A DNA stretch of 64,000 nucleotides, taken from NCBI GenBank assembly GCA_041742075.1, contig JBGSJJ010000009.1, positions 12,895 to 76,894 on the forward strand, read 5' to 3'. The stretch comes from Minisyncoccia bacterium (lineage in GTDB: Bacteria; Patescibacteriota; Minisyncoccia; Phycocordibacterales; UBA918). The notes beneath the pieces were generated by a model. It had not been told where the DNA came from, did no database searches, and saw only the letters and a program-made list of their open reading frames with translations. Below, piece after piece: positions 27,034-36,748 of the stretch. The position numbers and the translations under genes were made by a program. Position 1 is the stretch's first letter, and each line of letters starts with the position of its first letter.

Positions 27034-27193
27034 ACCTATATTTTAGCATTCTGAAAATAGACGCGGATACAGTCTGGGTAAAACTAGCGCAATGTGGGGT
27101 ATTGTACCAAGTAATAGCGCCAGTATTGACAAATAGCGTTTTTTTAGCGATTGTTATCAATTAGAAGTTCACAAAACTAATGGAGGAAGTCCT

Positions 27194-27598
27194 ATGCTTG
27201 ACTGGTTAGGCTCTGAAAGCATTGATCGCCCGGTGTTGATTTCGATGATATCTATAATCCTGTTGCCTATTATGGTGCTACTTGTGGTGAGGTATTTTGG
27301 TCAGAGGTCACTCCATCGACCCGTCGCTAGTCGCATCATACGGAAGCATCAGCGGATTACTGGTCGTGACATTTTCTTCACAGTGGTCCTAGTGGCGGTT
27401 ATTATTGAGGTCTTGATTGACTATCGACATCCTGCCTTCGACGACTGGACTGATGAGCTCATATTTCTGATCACTTTACCACTTGTAATCGGTTATTGGC
27501 TCTATTTTGTCGACAAGCCTGAGCAAGAGCGGAAGCGTCACGAGCGACCAGAACCCGATGTTTGTCGACAGGACAAGGTCGACAATCGAGAAGAATGA
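27194..27598 (+). CDS. membrane protein (hypothetical, 3 TM)
   Basis: ATG preceded by GGAGGAAG RBS; three hydrophobic helices and a charged C-terminal tail. Confidence 0.5.
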   Translation: MLDWLGSESIDRPVLISMISIILLPIMVLLVVRYFGQRSLHRPVASRIIRKHQRITGRDIFFTVVLVAVIIEVLIDYRHPAFDDWTDELIFLITLPLVIGYWLYFVDKPEQERKRHERPEPDVCRQDKVDNREE

Positions 27599-27767
27599 TG
27601 CGCTCTAAGCGCTGATTGAGCGGGCTCTCACGCGAAAGCCCGCTCTACTCTTTGTACCTCCCTCTAAGGGTACGCGAGGGTATGTATACCTTTACACCAC
27701 TCTAGAAGAGGTGCATAATCGGCCCCGGTTTGTAATTCTGGATCTTCACAATAAAAGGAGTGCATCC

Positions 27768-29105
27768 GTGCACGAGACCACAACTACCTTCACCAATACC
27801 TGGGTCGGCTACGCCGCACTCACGGTACTACTTGTCGGTTATATCTTTGTAATTGCCGAGGAGAAAATCCATCTGCGAAAGTCGAAGCCAGTGCTCTTCG
27901 CTGCTGGTATCATCTGGCTCCTGATCGGTATCGCGATGTATGGTACCGAGCAGGCTGAGGCAGCGGCAGAACATCTCAGGCATAATTTCTGGGAGTGGGC
28001 TGAGATTCTCGTATTCCTCATGGTAGCAATGAGTTACGTGAATGTGCTCGAGGAACGTCGTGTTTTTGATACGCTTCGCTCGCGCCTCATCAGGGGTGGT
28101 TGGACGTATCGACAGCTCTTCTGGCTTACCGGCACAATTGCATTTTTCTTGTCACCTGTTGCAGACAACATGACCACTGCGCTTATAATGGGCGCAGTCG
28201 CGATTGCGGTCGGTGGACGTAACTCTGCGTTCATCTCTGCTTCGTGTGTCAACATTGTGGTGGCAGCAAACGCTGGCGGGGCTTTCAGTCCCTTTGGCGA
28301 CATCACCACGTTGATGGTGTGGCAGGCAGGCATCCTACCGTTCTTTGACTTCTTCCACCTCCTTCCGTCAGCACTTGTAACGTGGCTGTTGCCAGCGATC
28401 ATTATGTCGCTTACCATACCCAACCGGCGTGCAGTGAGTAATCGTGTGGAGAGTGTTGTCACCATGAAAGTTGGCGCTCGTCGGGTAATGATGTTGTTTG
28501 CTCTGACTATCGCTTGTGCGGTGGCGGGGCATAACTTCTTCCACTTCCCGCCAGTTGTCGGTATGCTGTTTGGCCTCAGCTTCCTCAAACTGTTTGGTTA
28601 CTACCTCAAGATGAGCTCGACTGATGACAACCCCTTTGATGTCATGCCTCTTGTGCAGCGGATCGAGTGGGATACTCTGCTTTTCTTTGGCGGAATTATC
28701 CTGGCGGTCGGAGGCATCGGCTACCTTGGCTATCTATCCCTGCTTTCTAGCACAGCGTACGAAAGTTGGGCCGGTATGTCACGTGAGATGAGCGTGACTG
28801 TCGCCAATGCTGGAGTTGGGGTACTGTCGGCACTAATCGATAACATTCCGATTATGTTCGCGGTGCTCTCGATGAATCCAGAGATGAGCGAGTGGCAGTG
28901 GCTTCTCGTGACTCTTACGGCTGGTGTGGGAGGTTCGATGTTGTCGATTGGTTCTGCGGCGGGTGTGGCTCTCATGGGTGCTGCACGTGGCCACTACACC
29001 TTTGCGAGTCACCTTCGCTTCACACCAGTAATTGGCCTTGGCTACATTGCTGGTATTGCGACGCACTACGGTTACGCTGTATTGCTCGTACCGCACTTGT
29101 TCTAG
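27768..29105 (+). CDS. NhaD/ArsB-superfamily ion transporter (Na+/H+ antiporter NhaD-like)
   Basis: ~12 TM, internal repeat architecture and motifs resembling NhaD; GTG start at 27768 is preceded by AAAGGAG at 8-nt spacing. Confidence 0.7.
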   Translation: MHETTTTFTNTWVGYAALTVLLVGYIFVIAEEKIHLRKSKPVLFAAGIIWLLIGIAMYGTEQAEAAAEHLRHNFWEWAEILVFLMVAMSYVNVLEERRVFDTLRSRLIRGGWTYRQLFWLTGTIAFFLSPVADNMTTALIMGAVAIAVGGRNSAFISASCVNIVVAANAGGAFSPFGDITTLMVWQAGILPFFDFFHLLPSALVTWLLPAIIMSLTIPNRRAVSNRVESVVTMKVGARRVMMLFALTIACAVAGHNFFHFPPVVGMLFGLSFLKLFGYYLKMSSTDDNPFDVMPLVQRIEWDTLLFFGGIILAVGGIGYLGYLSLLSSTAYESWAGMSREMSVTVANAGVGVLSALIDNIPIMFAVLSMNPEMSEWQWLLVTLTAGVGGSMLSIGSAAGVALMGAARGHYTFASHLRFTPVIGLGYIAGIATHYGYAVLLVPHLF

Positions 29106-29427
29106 TCCTTGCAGCTTTTGCTGTCTCACCGTCCCGGGTTTTCTCGGGGCGGTTTTTCTATACACAAAAGGCTAATGTAAGTTGAAATTTTGCTGAAGGA
29201 TGACATAAAAAGCCATGAAATAAACGTTTTTTCACTATGCACAGGGTAGCTCTCGGCAGGTGATTTCTAGGCGTGGTAAACTAGTAGGTATATGGAAAAA
29301 GATTTTGATTTTGAATTACCAGCAGTGGTCGACACTGCTCCAGTGAAGCCTCGTGTACACATGGCGGTTGGGGAGTCGGTTTGTATCAGTTGTGAAGGGT
29401 AGTCAGTCAAAAAAATTTGTCGGTAAA

Positions 29428-29464
29428 CAAAAAGAGCAACTTCAAGTTGCTCTTTTTGTTTTAC
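29428..29464. terminator. bidirectional intrinsic terminator
   Basis: AGAGCAACT-TCA-AGTTGCTCT perfect 9-bp stem with AAAAA upstream and TTTTGTTTT downstream. Confidence 0.55.
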
Positions 29465-29694
29465 TCACACTTGTTGTAGGTCGGCTCGACACCGAGCGTG
29501 CCCCAACGGACTTTGCCCCAAACCCGTTCGTGGGTGTAATAGAAAAGAACTTTTATGGTAACGTCGATGGCTCCCACACTCGCCACTAAACCTAAGTCAC
29601 CCGTAACAAAATACACAGTGAGCATCGTCGTGCCGGAGGCGATTACTCGCCAGGTAATACCTTTTAAAATGCTCCGTAAATGTGATTCTTTCAT
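29461..29694 (-). CDS. DUF2061-like small membrane protein
   Basis: motif ITWRVIASGTT...KVLFYYTHERVW typical of DUF2061; start at the internal MKESHL. Confidence 0.5.
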   Translation of the reverse strand: MKESHLRSILKGITWRVIASGTTMLTVYFVTGDLGLVASVGAIDVTIKVLFYYTHERVWGKVRWGTLGVEPTYNKCE

Positions 29695-29804
29695 AATTAT
29701 ATGAAGTGTAACATACGAGAGGTTGTATAAACGTGCACTGATTTCGTCCACAGGGCTGATATATTTGGTATACTGTAGTTGTTACTAGGTAAGCAAAATT
29801 TCCG

Positions 29805-30107
29805 ATGCTCATACTCTATTATCGACCCACGTGCCAGTTTTGTCAGAAGGTGTTAGCGGCCGGTACCGCTCTCGGTGTATCGTTTGAACTGAAAGATATC
29901 AGTGACGAACAAAACCTCCATGAACTGATTGAGAAAGGAGGTAAACGGCAGGTACCTTTTTTAATTGATACTGAAACGACTACTGAATTGTATGAATCAG
30001 AAGCCATAATTGCCTACCTCGAAGAAAAAAACGGCACCGTGTCAACTCCTCACAGCAGTAACGTACAACTTCATCGTAGTATACATGTGTGCGATCCTGT
30101 CGAATAA
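29805..30107 (+). CDS. glutaredoxin-like protein
   Basis: thioredoxin-fold N-terminus YYRPTCQFCQKV (CxxC) and conserved VPFL, 100 aa. Confidence 0.65.
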   Translation: MLILYYRPTCQFCQKVLAAGTALGVSFELKDISDEQNLHELIEKGGKRQVPFLIDTETTTELYESEAIIAYLEEKNGTVSTPHSSNVQLHRSIHVCDPVE

Positions 30108-30137
30108 ATGTTTTTTAGCTTGTAACAAAAAAATTAC

Positions 30138-30503
30138 ATGTCACTTCCATCAATTCAATTTAAAACCACTCGTACAAATGTCACCGAAAACATAAAGCAG
30201 GTAGTAGAAGATAAATTCCAATCACTCGAAAAATATATTGGCTCTGAGAGTGATGTAAAAATTGCCATAGAATTTGAACAAGTGGCTCCCCATAACAATG
30301 GTCCAATTCATCGGGTGGAAGCTAACTTTTGGCTCGCGGGAAAGCTATTTCGAGCCGAAGCAACCGAAGAAAGTTTTGAACGAGCGATTGACGTGGTACG
30401 CGCTGAGCTTGATCAAGAGCTCCGTACTGCACGTACCAAAAAGGAAAGTATGATGCGCAAGGGTGGCAGAAAAATAAAAGAAATGATGCGCTTTGGTAAA
30501 TAA
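30138..30503 (+). CDS. hpf: ribosome hibernation-promoting factor (RaiA/YfiA family)
   Basis: 121 aa, S30AE-family pattern (IEFEQV...HRVEANFWLAGKLFRAEATEESFERAIDVVRAELDQELR). Confidence 0.75.
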   Translation: MSLPSIQFKTTRTNVTENIKQVVEDKFQSLEKYIGSESDVKIAIEFEQVAPHNNGPIHRVEANFWLAGKLFRAEATEESFERAIDVVRAELDQELRTARTKKESMMRKGGRKIKEMMRFGK

Positions 30504-30518
30504 GTTTACGTATACTTT

Positions 30519-30980
30519 ATGAGTGAGAGTCCATTTAGGATTGTTAGTGATAATCCAGAAATTAAAAAGCCGACCGCTGAATATAGAGCTAAAAGACTCG
30601 AGGAGACAATGGTATATGAAGGTGGTAAGTCGGCGCAGGATGGTCTATTTACTAAGATTGACTCCTTTGTGCTTATAAATGTTGAACCGCGTCTAGCGCT
30701 CCGCAAACTTAGTGAACTCATGCATGAATTCCATACTTTGACTGGTCTAACTGGAGAAGAGAGAGATGCATTTTTGCGTGAACACCAAACGATGATTGAT
30801 GTTTGTCGCGATCAACTGAATGCGATATTTGAGTTTGAGGGTATTCCCGGACTAAACCGAGCTATGCTTAAAGGCCTGCAAAGATGTAGCAAGAATGAGG
30901 AGTATGAAATCGGGGAAACAGTGTTTCAATTGGTTGCGCTCGAAAAAGCGGACAGTCTAATCACAGAGGTGTCTACGTAA
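30519..30980 (+). CDS. hypothetical protein
   Basis: 153-aa ORF, no recognisable motif, good coding periodicity. Confidence 0.4.
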   Translation: MSESPFRIVSDNPEIKKPTAEYRAKRLEETMVYEGGKSAQDGLFTKIDSFVLINVEPRLALRKLSELMHEFHTLTGLTGEERDAFLREHQTMIDVCRDQLNAIFEFEGIPGLNRAMLKGLQRCSKNEEYEIGETVFQLVALEKADSLITEVST

Positions 30981-31836
30981 CGTAATCAGAAAAGTTCATT
31001 TCGGATTTACCTTCAGGCACTATCCGGTTAATGGTAAGTTTTCCTGATGCGTCTAGTTTTGCGTCTTTAATTTTTATACGTTTACCTTCGTGTCTAAAAA
31101 AAGTTTCTGGCCAGCCATCAAAGGCACAGATTTTTCTATACATGTCGTAGGCTTTCGTGCCGTCTGGTAGCGAATAAGGGTCGATTACGAGTTCACTCAT
31201 GTCCTTGGTGATTTTTGTTGAAAACGTGGCCTGGTCGTGGTCTTGTTCTTTGGCGGTAATCTCTCCAAGTGGTAGTTTTTGCATCACGTCTACCAAGAGG
31301 CATCCAGAAATCCGTGCGAGCGTAGTATCGAGTTCCATACCAGGAATTGGTTCAGTCAGAGTAACAGCTTGCTGAGTGAGGATAGGGCCATGGTCAAGCT
31401 CACGGTCCATCTGCATGATGGTGACACCGCAAGCAGAGAGGTCAGACAGAAGTGTGCTTCTAATCGGACTGGCTCCACGCAACTTAGGTAGTAGGGAAGG
31501 ATGAGCGTTGAGTGTTCCGTAAGTAGGAATACTAATGAGCCATTCCGGCATAATTTTGCCGTAGGCTAAAACCACAAAAAAATCCCAAGTTGATTCTGTA
31601 AGCGGGGTAAGTGCCTCAGCGTTTTTAAGATTGCTTGGTTGAAAAACTGGTATGCCGTTTAACTCAGCCCAGACCTTGGTTGGAGGAGGGGTAAGTATTT
31701 GCTTGCGACCAACCGGCGCGTCGGGGTTACAAACAACCAGGGTTGGTTTGTAACCAAAGGTGGCCATTTCCTCAAGAGCGGTAACAGCTAACTCCGGAGT
31801 ACCAAAAAAAGCAAAGCGAGGTGAAACACTAGACAT
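30973..31836 (-). CDS. fmt: methionyl-tRNA formyltransferase
   Basis: N-terminal FFGTPELAV and formyltransferase core, C-terminal domain; def-fmt gene order. Confidence 0.85.
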   Translation of the reverse strand: MSSVSPRFAFFGTPELAVTALEEMATFGYKPTLVVCNPDAPVGRKQILTPPPTKVWAELNGIPVFQPSNLKNAEALTPLTESTWDFFVVLAYGKIMPEWLISIPTYGTLNAHPSLLPKLRGASPIRSTLLSDLSACGVTIMQMDRELDHGPILTQQAVTLTEPIPGMELDTTLARISGCLLVDVMQKLPLGEITAKEQDHDQATFSTKITKDMSELVIDPYSLPDGTKAYDMYRKICAFDGWPETFFRHEGKRIKIKDAKLDASGKLTINRIVPEGKSEMNFSDYVT

Positions 31837-31840
31837 ATTT

Positions 31841-32368
31841 TTACTTGGCTTCTCGTTTATTCATTTTTTCCATTTCTTCTTTGGTGTACATGCGCTCGGC
31901 GCGGTCAGTAAAGAGAATGCCATCTAAGTGGTCGCATTCGTGCTGAATAATTTGAGCCAACAGACCACTGGCGCCTCGTTCAAACGCCTTCCCGGTTTCA
32001 TCGAGCGCTCGCATGGTGATGTGCGTATGACGAACAACTTCACCATAGCGGTCTGGCACTGAGAGACAACCCTCACCAACGAGGTGGGTTTTCTTCGACA
32101 TTTTAACTATCTTGGGGTTGATAGCCACAAAGGAAGGAAGTTTTTCGCGGTCGGTACTTTGGTCATCAATCATAAACAATCGCTTCGAGATACCAATCTG
32201 TGGGGAAGCGATAGCGACCGCAATAAACCCATCTACACTGTATGACTTGAGGGCCTGTTTGAGGTCTTTGACGAGCTTCTTCACCGTGCCGTTTTGGATT
32301 TCTTCAGGAGAGATTTCCTCAGCAATGGTGTGAAGTGCTGGATGATTTTCGGGGACGAGTTTAGCCAT
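31841..32368 (-). CDS. def: peptide deformylase
   Basis: motifs SPQIG (GxxAxQIG), EGCLSVP, QHECDHLDG (HExxH). Confidence 0.85.
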   Translation of the reverse strand: MAKLVPENHPALHTIAEEISPEEIQNGTVKKLVKDLKQALKSYSVDGFIAVAIASPQIGISKRLFMIDDQSTDREKLPSFVAINPKIVKMSKKTHLVGEGCLSVPDRYGEVVRHTHITMRALDETGKAFERGASGLLAQIIQHECDHLDGILFTDRAERMYTKEEMEKMNKREAK

Positions 32369-32415
32369 AATTATGGTTGTACTATAGCAAACGGTAAAAA
32401 TTTTGCGAATAATCC

Positions 32416-34332
32416 TTACACGATGCGTTCTGGGTTCACTTCAATTTTTATAAAGGGTGGCAGACTAGAAAGTGCGCGCATGAGTTCAGGGTTCGGCCAC
32501 TCACTCTTCGGGATACGGATAAGGCCATAGCGAACGGTTTTTTCGGGTGTCGAGTGCGGGGCGTTATAGTACTGAACCGAGTGAGTACGGACAGTAGCGT
32601 CAATCGTACTTTCGTAGCTGTTGGTCTGCTCAGTGGTGCCATTTGTCGTGAGTAAAATAAAGGTGGAAAAAGGTGGATACTGAAGCGCTTTTCTAACAGA
32701 AATTTCTTCCGTGTAGAACGAATCAATAAGACCTTTTTGAATACTTTTTAAGAGCGGTTCCGGTTCTGATCTAGTCTGGACATACATGTCTTTCGTAGTT
32801 TTTTGTCTGATTGCACTAATGAGTGAAAAAATACTTTCGTCGGCGCGCCAGGTATTCATACTGCGTGTCGCTTCGTATGAAGTAATGACAGACAGGTCGA
32901 TATCGGAATTAAAATACGGGACAGCTAAAGCGGTGCCAATGACGATGCAACTTTTCGTTGCCGAAAATTCATGAGCAATCTTTTTTGCCTTAATCAGCGT
33001 AGTTGCTGTGGTTGCGTCAAAGACAAACTGTGGAGTGTTGGGGAAGCGCTCGCTCACTTCGTCTATCAAGTGTTGGATACCGATACCTTGTTCACGTAGT
33101 CGCCAGCTTCCACACTCTGGACAAACGTCGGCAGCACGAATTTTTTTTCCAGAGGTACTCGAAATAAACCAGCGTCGTTCTACCTCACCATCTTGGGTGC
33201 GGATAAGGGAATAGGGTGCTCCACTGTCTGGACAGCGGAATAAGTAGCCACAATCATAGCAGGTCACGACCGGTGCCAATCCGCGTCTGGCTGAAAAAAG
33301 AAACACCTTACCTTTTAACTCGAGTGTGCGCAAAATGGCGGAGACGGTCTCCGGTAGCAAGATACTAAACTTTTTGCTCGGGGCCTTCTGCTCGGGTTTC
33401 TCTACGATAGTAAGTGGGGCCGTAAATTGAATTCTTTGGACGTGTTCTTCAAATGTCGTGTAGATTTCTTCTCGCCTCTGAATCTCGTCTTCGGTGGCAA
33501 CTAAGGTGTCGCCAAGTATCACTGAACGTTTGGTTAGCTTGGCGTATAATTTAAGAACCTCTCGTGCGTCTAGGTAGGGCCTTGTGCGTGCGCGGTAGTA
33601 TGAACTGCCAGATTCATCGATAACAATTGTACCGATGTCACTTCGGTCGAGCATACTATAGGAGGGAGTGGCAATAATAAGAATCGATTCTTTTTTACTC
33701 AAGAAGTCTGCGTAGGATTGCTCAAGTTTTTTCTTTGTGAGCGTACCTGAAAAAACCACGACGCGCTTTTCAATACCGTGACTGAGTTCGGCTACGGCCT
33801 TGGCTACGTGAGCACCGGTTGGTACCACAAACAGCACACTGGCTTTTCGAGCAAAGGACTGCCTTATATAGCTACGGTAGGCGATATAGCGGTCAACGGT
33901 AGTACCGGTTAGTACCGCTGGCGGCGGTAAACTTTCAGCCATCGTAGGTACCAGATCCTCATGTACCGGATAGCGCGTTACTCCGGCTCGTACATCAGGT
34001 GGCAGGAGCGCAAAGAGTATAGCGCCTATCTCGGCGGGGTAATAGTCAGCTAGGGTTTTGGCAGTTTTGAGGACACTCTCTGGAAGGTGTGAAAGATTTT
34101 TTTGTACACCTAGTTTTCGGAGTGAAAAAGTGGCTGCCCTGAGGGCGGCTTTGGCTGCTGAAACTGATTGTACGTTCACGACCAGTGCTTGCACCTCACT
34201 TTTTCTAATCGGTATCGTGATGAGGGTTCCAACGGGGAATTGCTCAGCACTATAATAGGTGAGCGCCTCGGTAATGCTCCCGCGGGAAAGCGGTACAGCT
34301 TCAACAATATACATAAGAGCATAGTATAACAA
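32416..34332 (-). CDS. priA: primosomal protein N' (PriA) homolog with degenerate helicase ATP-binding motifs
   Basis: PriA-type N-terminal 3'-DNA-binding domain, Cys4 zinc-binding insertion (CYDCG...CPECG), C-terminal domain; Walker A position reads GTTVDRY and Walker B DESG. Confidence 0.75.
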   Translation of the reverse strand: MLYYALMYIVEAVPLSRGSITEALTYYSAEQFPVGTLITIPIRKSEVQALVVNVQSVSAAKAALRAATFSLRKLGVQKNLSHLPESVLKTAKTLADYYPAEIGAILFALLPPDVRAGVTRYPVHEDLVPTMAESLPPPAVLTGTTVDRYIAYRSYIRQSFARKASVLFVVPTGAHVAKAVAELSHGIEKRVVVFSGTLTKKKLEQSYADFLSKKESILIIATPSYSMLDRSDIGTIVIDESGSSYYRARTRPYLDAREVLKLYAKLTKRSVILGDTLVATEDEIQRREEIYTTFEEHVQRIQFTAPLTIVEKPEQKAPSKKFSILLPETVSAILRTLELKGKVFLFSARRGLAPVVTCYDCGYLFRCPDSGAPYSLIRTQDGEVERRWFISSTSGKKIRAADVCPECGSWRLREQGIGIQHLIDEVSERFPNTPQFVFDATTATTLIKAKKIAHEFSATKSCIVIGTALAVPYFNSDIDLSVITSYEATRSMNTWRADESIFSLISAIRQKTTKDMYVQTRSEPEPLLKSIQKGLIDSFYTEEISVRKALQYPPFSTFILLTTNGTTEQTNSYESTIDATVRTHSVQYYNAPHSTPEKTVRYGLIRIPKSEWPNPELMRALSSLPPFIKIEVNPERIV

Positions 34333-34388
34333 AGGTCCACACTCGGCGAATTTTAAGTGGATTTATTGACACTTTCACACTGCACAAG

Positions 34389-35126
34389 CTAATTTGAAGC
34401 GTTTTCAGCAAGATATGACTCAAGTTGAGTCTCGTCAACGGGTGTATCTGGGTGGTGTTGGTTGTAGATTGAAACTACGTTCTGAACAGTTTCGGGAGTA
34501 CAAACACGGTTTTCTGGTGAAAGCGTCGCTAGTACAAGGTCAAACACTTCGTTGCCACAACTATTTTTGCGAATTAAGTAATTTACACCAGCACTTGACC
34601 ACCCGTCTCTCGGTCCATTGTTTGGCAGTGATTCATTATTACGTTCCGGACGGCCATTAGTAGGGGTTGAAAGAAAACGCCAGTCACGAAACCATATACC
34701 TTTCGTGAGCGATCCTACAGAGCCGTGCGCCACTTTGGTGTTTAATACGTTTAAGTAATTGCTAAATCTTGTTGTTTCGTCTTTTAGGTCCCCATCAGTC
34801 ACACGAATATGTGTTCCGTGTTTATACAACTTAAAGTCGTCAGCGTCACTTTCAATACTGGGCTCATTGTCGTCAGTAATGGACACGCCAAGTGTTTTGA
34901 AAAAGTTTATTCTCAAGCTCTCTATTGAAGTTCTACTAGAGATATCAATCTTACACTCAACAAACTGAGACGCTGCCGCTAAGAGACTTTCCTGCAAGTT
35001 CGGATTTCCCTGAGAAAGTTCATACGACTTACGAAGGAGTGAGAACAGTTCCGCCTCAGTTTTTATCTCAAATAGTGGCTCTGACTCCTGCTCACTTTCA
35101 TGTGCGTTAGGTGGAAATTGCTCCAT
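34389..35126 (-). CDS. hypothetical protein (245 aa)
   Basis: starts MEQFPPNAHESEQE 7 nt downstream of the murA stop; the long upstream extension in the ORF track is out-of-frame overlap with murA. Confidence 0.45.
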   Translation of the reverse strand: MEQFPPNAHESEQESEPLFEIKTEAELFSLLRKSYELSQGNPNLQESLLAAASQFVECKIDISSRTSIESLRINFFKTLGVSITDDNEPSIESDADDFKLYKHGTHIRVTDGDLKDETTRFSNYLNVLNTKVAHGSVGSLTKGIWFRDWRFLSTPTNGRPERNNESLPNNGPRDGWSSAGVNYLIRKNSCGNEVFDLVLATLSPENRVCTPETVQNVVSIYNQHHPDTPVDETQLESYLAENASN

Positions 35127-35133
35127 ATTTTTT

Positions 35134-36636
35134 TTAAAACTCTTCAATGTACGACACGTCGGCACCAAGACTATTGAGGCGCTCAACGAGTTTTTCGTAA
35201 CCGCGGTTAATACTGTAGATGTTGCGCAGTACCGAGCGCCCACTGGCACCAAGCATAGCAATAAGAAGGATGGTGGCTGGGCGGAGAGCCGGCGGACAGA
35301 TAAGTTCAGTTGGGCGGAGTTTGGTCGGGCCGTTGATGTAAATACGGTGCGGGTCAGCGAGCACCGTGTCAGCACCGAGTTTGTCGAGCTCTGTGAAGTA
35401 GATGGCGCGCTTCTCATAGACCCAGTCGTGAATGAGTGTTTGTCCGGTTGACTGGGTGGCAATTACGGCAAAGAAGGGAAGATTGTCTATATTGAGTCCT
35501 GGGTAGGGGCGCGCGTAGACCTTTTCATGGAGCGCCATGAGCTTCGATGGTTTGGTAGTTATGTCGACTAAGCGAGTCATACCGTTGTGGCTCAAGTACG
35601 GCTTACTCTTAGTGTATTTAAAGCCCATTTTTTCAAGCTTGAGGAGTTCGAGTTCAAGGAAATCAATCGGACAGCGAGTAATGGTAATCGCTGACTGAGT
35701 AACGATAGCGGTCGCCAAGAAGAACATACTATCGGTCGGGTCTTCAGACAGGGTGTAGGTAATAGTTTCATGTATCTGCTTTACACCAGTTACGGTCAGG
35801 GTGGTCGTACCAACCCCTTCGATTTTTACACCACAGGCAATTAAAAATGCACAGACTTCCTGCACCATGTAGTTGGCTGAAGCGTACTTAATGACGGTGG
35901 TTGATGGCGTCAGAGCGGCAGCAAAGAGGGCGTTTTCTGTTACGGTGTCGCCGGACTCGTAGAGAATAATCTCCGTTGGTTTTTTAGGTACATGCTTCAC
36001 CACAAAGGCATCGTCAGTAGTTTTAATATCTACCCCAAAGTGTTCCAGCGCAAAAAAGTGTGGTTGGACAGTTCGACTACCAAGCTTGCATCCGCCTGAC
36101 TGAGGAAGAGAAAAAGTGGCGAGCTTATGCATAAGGGGACCGATGAACATGACGATACTTCTGGTCTTCCTGGCTGCTTCGACGTCAATCGCTTTGAGAT
36201 TGAATTTCTTTGGCGGAGTGAGGTGTACGTCTTTGTCCTTCCACTCAATTTTCATACCGATACTCTCGAGTACCTCAATAATGCGGTGCACTTCTTCTAT
36301 GCGGGGCATCTGTTTTAAAATAGTCGTTCCTTCATTTAAAAGGGAAGCGCAGAGGAGGCCGACAGCGCCATTTTTGGAAGTGTTGGTTTCGATAGTGCCT
36401 GTCAGTTTTTTGCCACCCTCAATTGCGATGTTGACCGAACCCGGTTGGGCTGACACGATGTTGCGCTTTAAAGCGGTACTCACTTTACGAAGTAGGTCAG
36501 TTGAAACATTTTGCTTGCCTGACTCGATGCGCGCCACGGCGCTTTGAGTACTTTTGATAAGTAGAGCGAGTTCCTTCTGTGTTAGCCCAACATCTTCCCG
36601 AATCTGCGCAATTCTTGCTCCGATGTGTGTTTGCAT
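35134..36636 (-). CDS. murA: UDP-N-acetylglucosamine 1-carboxyvinyltransferase fused to an N-terminal XRE-family HTH domain
   Basis: residues ~1-60 HTH (GLTQKELALLIKSTQSAVARIESGKQ); remainder is MurA/EPSP-synthase fold (GGKKLTGTIETNTSKNGAVGLLCASLL, C-terminal RGYEKLVERLNSLGADV). Confidence 0.75.
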   Translation of the reverse strand: MQTHIGARIAQIREDVGLTQKELALLIKSTQSAVARIESGKQNVSTDLLRKVSTALKRNIVSAQPGSVNIAIEGGKKLTGTIETNTSKNGAVGLLCASLLNEGTTILKQMPRIEEVHRIIEVLESIGMKIEWKDKDVHLTPPKKFNLKAIDVEAARKTRSIVMFIGPLMHKLATFSLPQSGGCKLGSRTVQPHFFALEHFGVDIKTTDDAFVVKHVPKKPTEIILYESGDTVTENALFAAALTPSTTVIKYASANYMVQEVCAFLIACGVKIEGVGTTTLTVTGVKQIHETITYTLSEDPTDSMFFLATAIVTQSAITITRCPIDFLELELLKLEKMGFKYTKSKPYLSHNGMTRLVDITTKPSKLMALHEKVYARPYPGLNIDNLPFFAVIATQSTGQTLIHDWVYEKRAIYFTELDKLGADTVLADPHRIYINGPTKLRPTELICPPALRPATILLIAMLGASGRSVLRNIYSINRGYEKLVERLNSLGADVSYIEEF

Positions 36637-36649
36637 ATACACAACATGA

Positions 36650-36667
36650 TATAGCGTATCTGCTATA
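36650..36667. promoter_or_regulatory. palindromic candidate operator TATAGC-N6-GCTATA upstream of HTH-murA (extra half-site at 36726-36731 before mreB)
   Basis: perfect 6-6-6 inverted repeat 14 nt upstream of the HTH-murA start, in the divergent murA/mreB intergenic region. Confidence 0.3.
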
Positions 36668-36748
36668 GTGCAAGCCTACCACTGTGGAGTGTGGTTTTTA
36701 TGCTTTCGTTTCAATTTTCCTCGATTTAGGCTACTATAGCTGTCTTAT

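Noticed and set aside
29292-29402. 36-aa ORF MEKDFDFELPAVVDTAPVKPRVHMAVGESVCISCEG between the NhaD terminator region and the bidirectional terminator
   Set aside because: It is reasonably placed (weak AGGT upstream, stop just before the terminator) and has a CxxC-like end. I cannot support function or expression. The overlapping track ORF 29353-29589 is also unconvincing.
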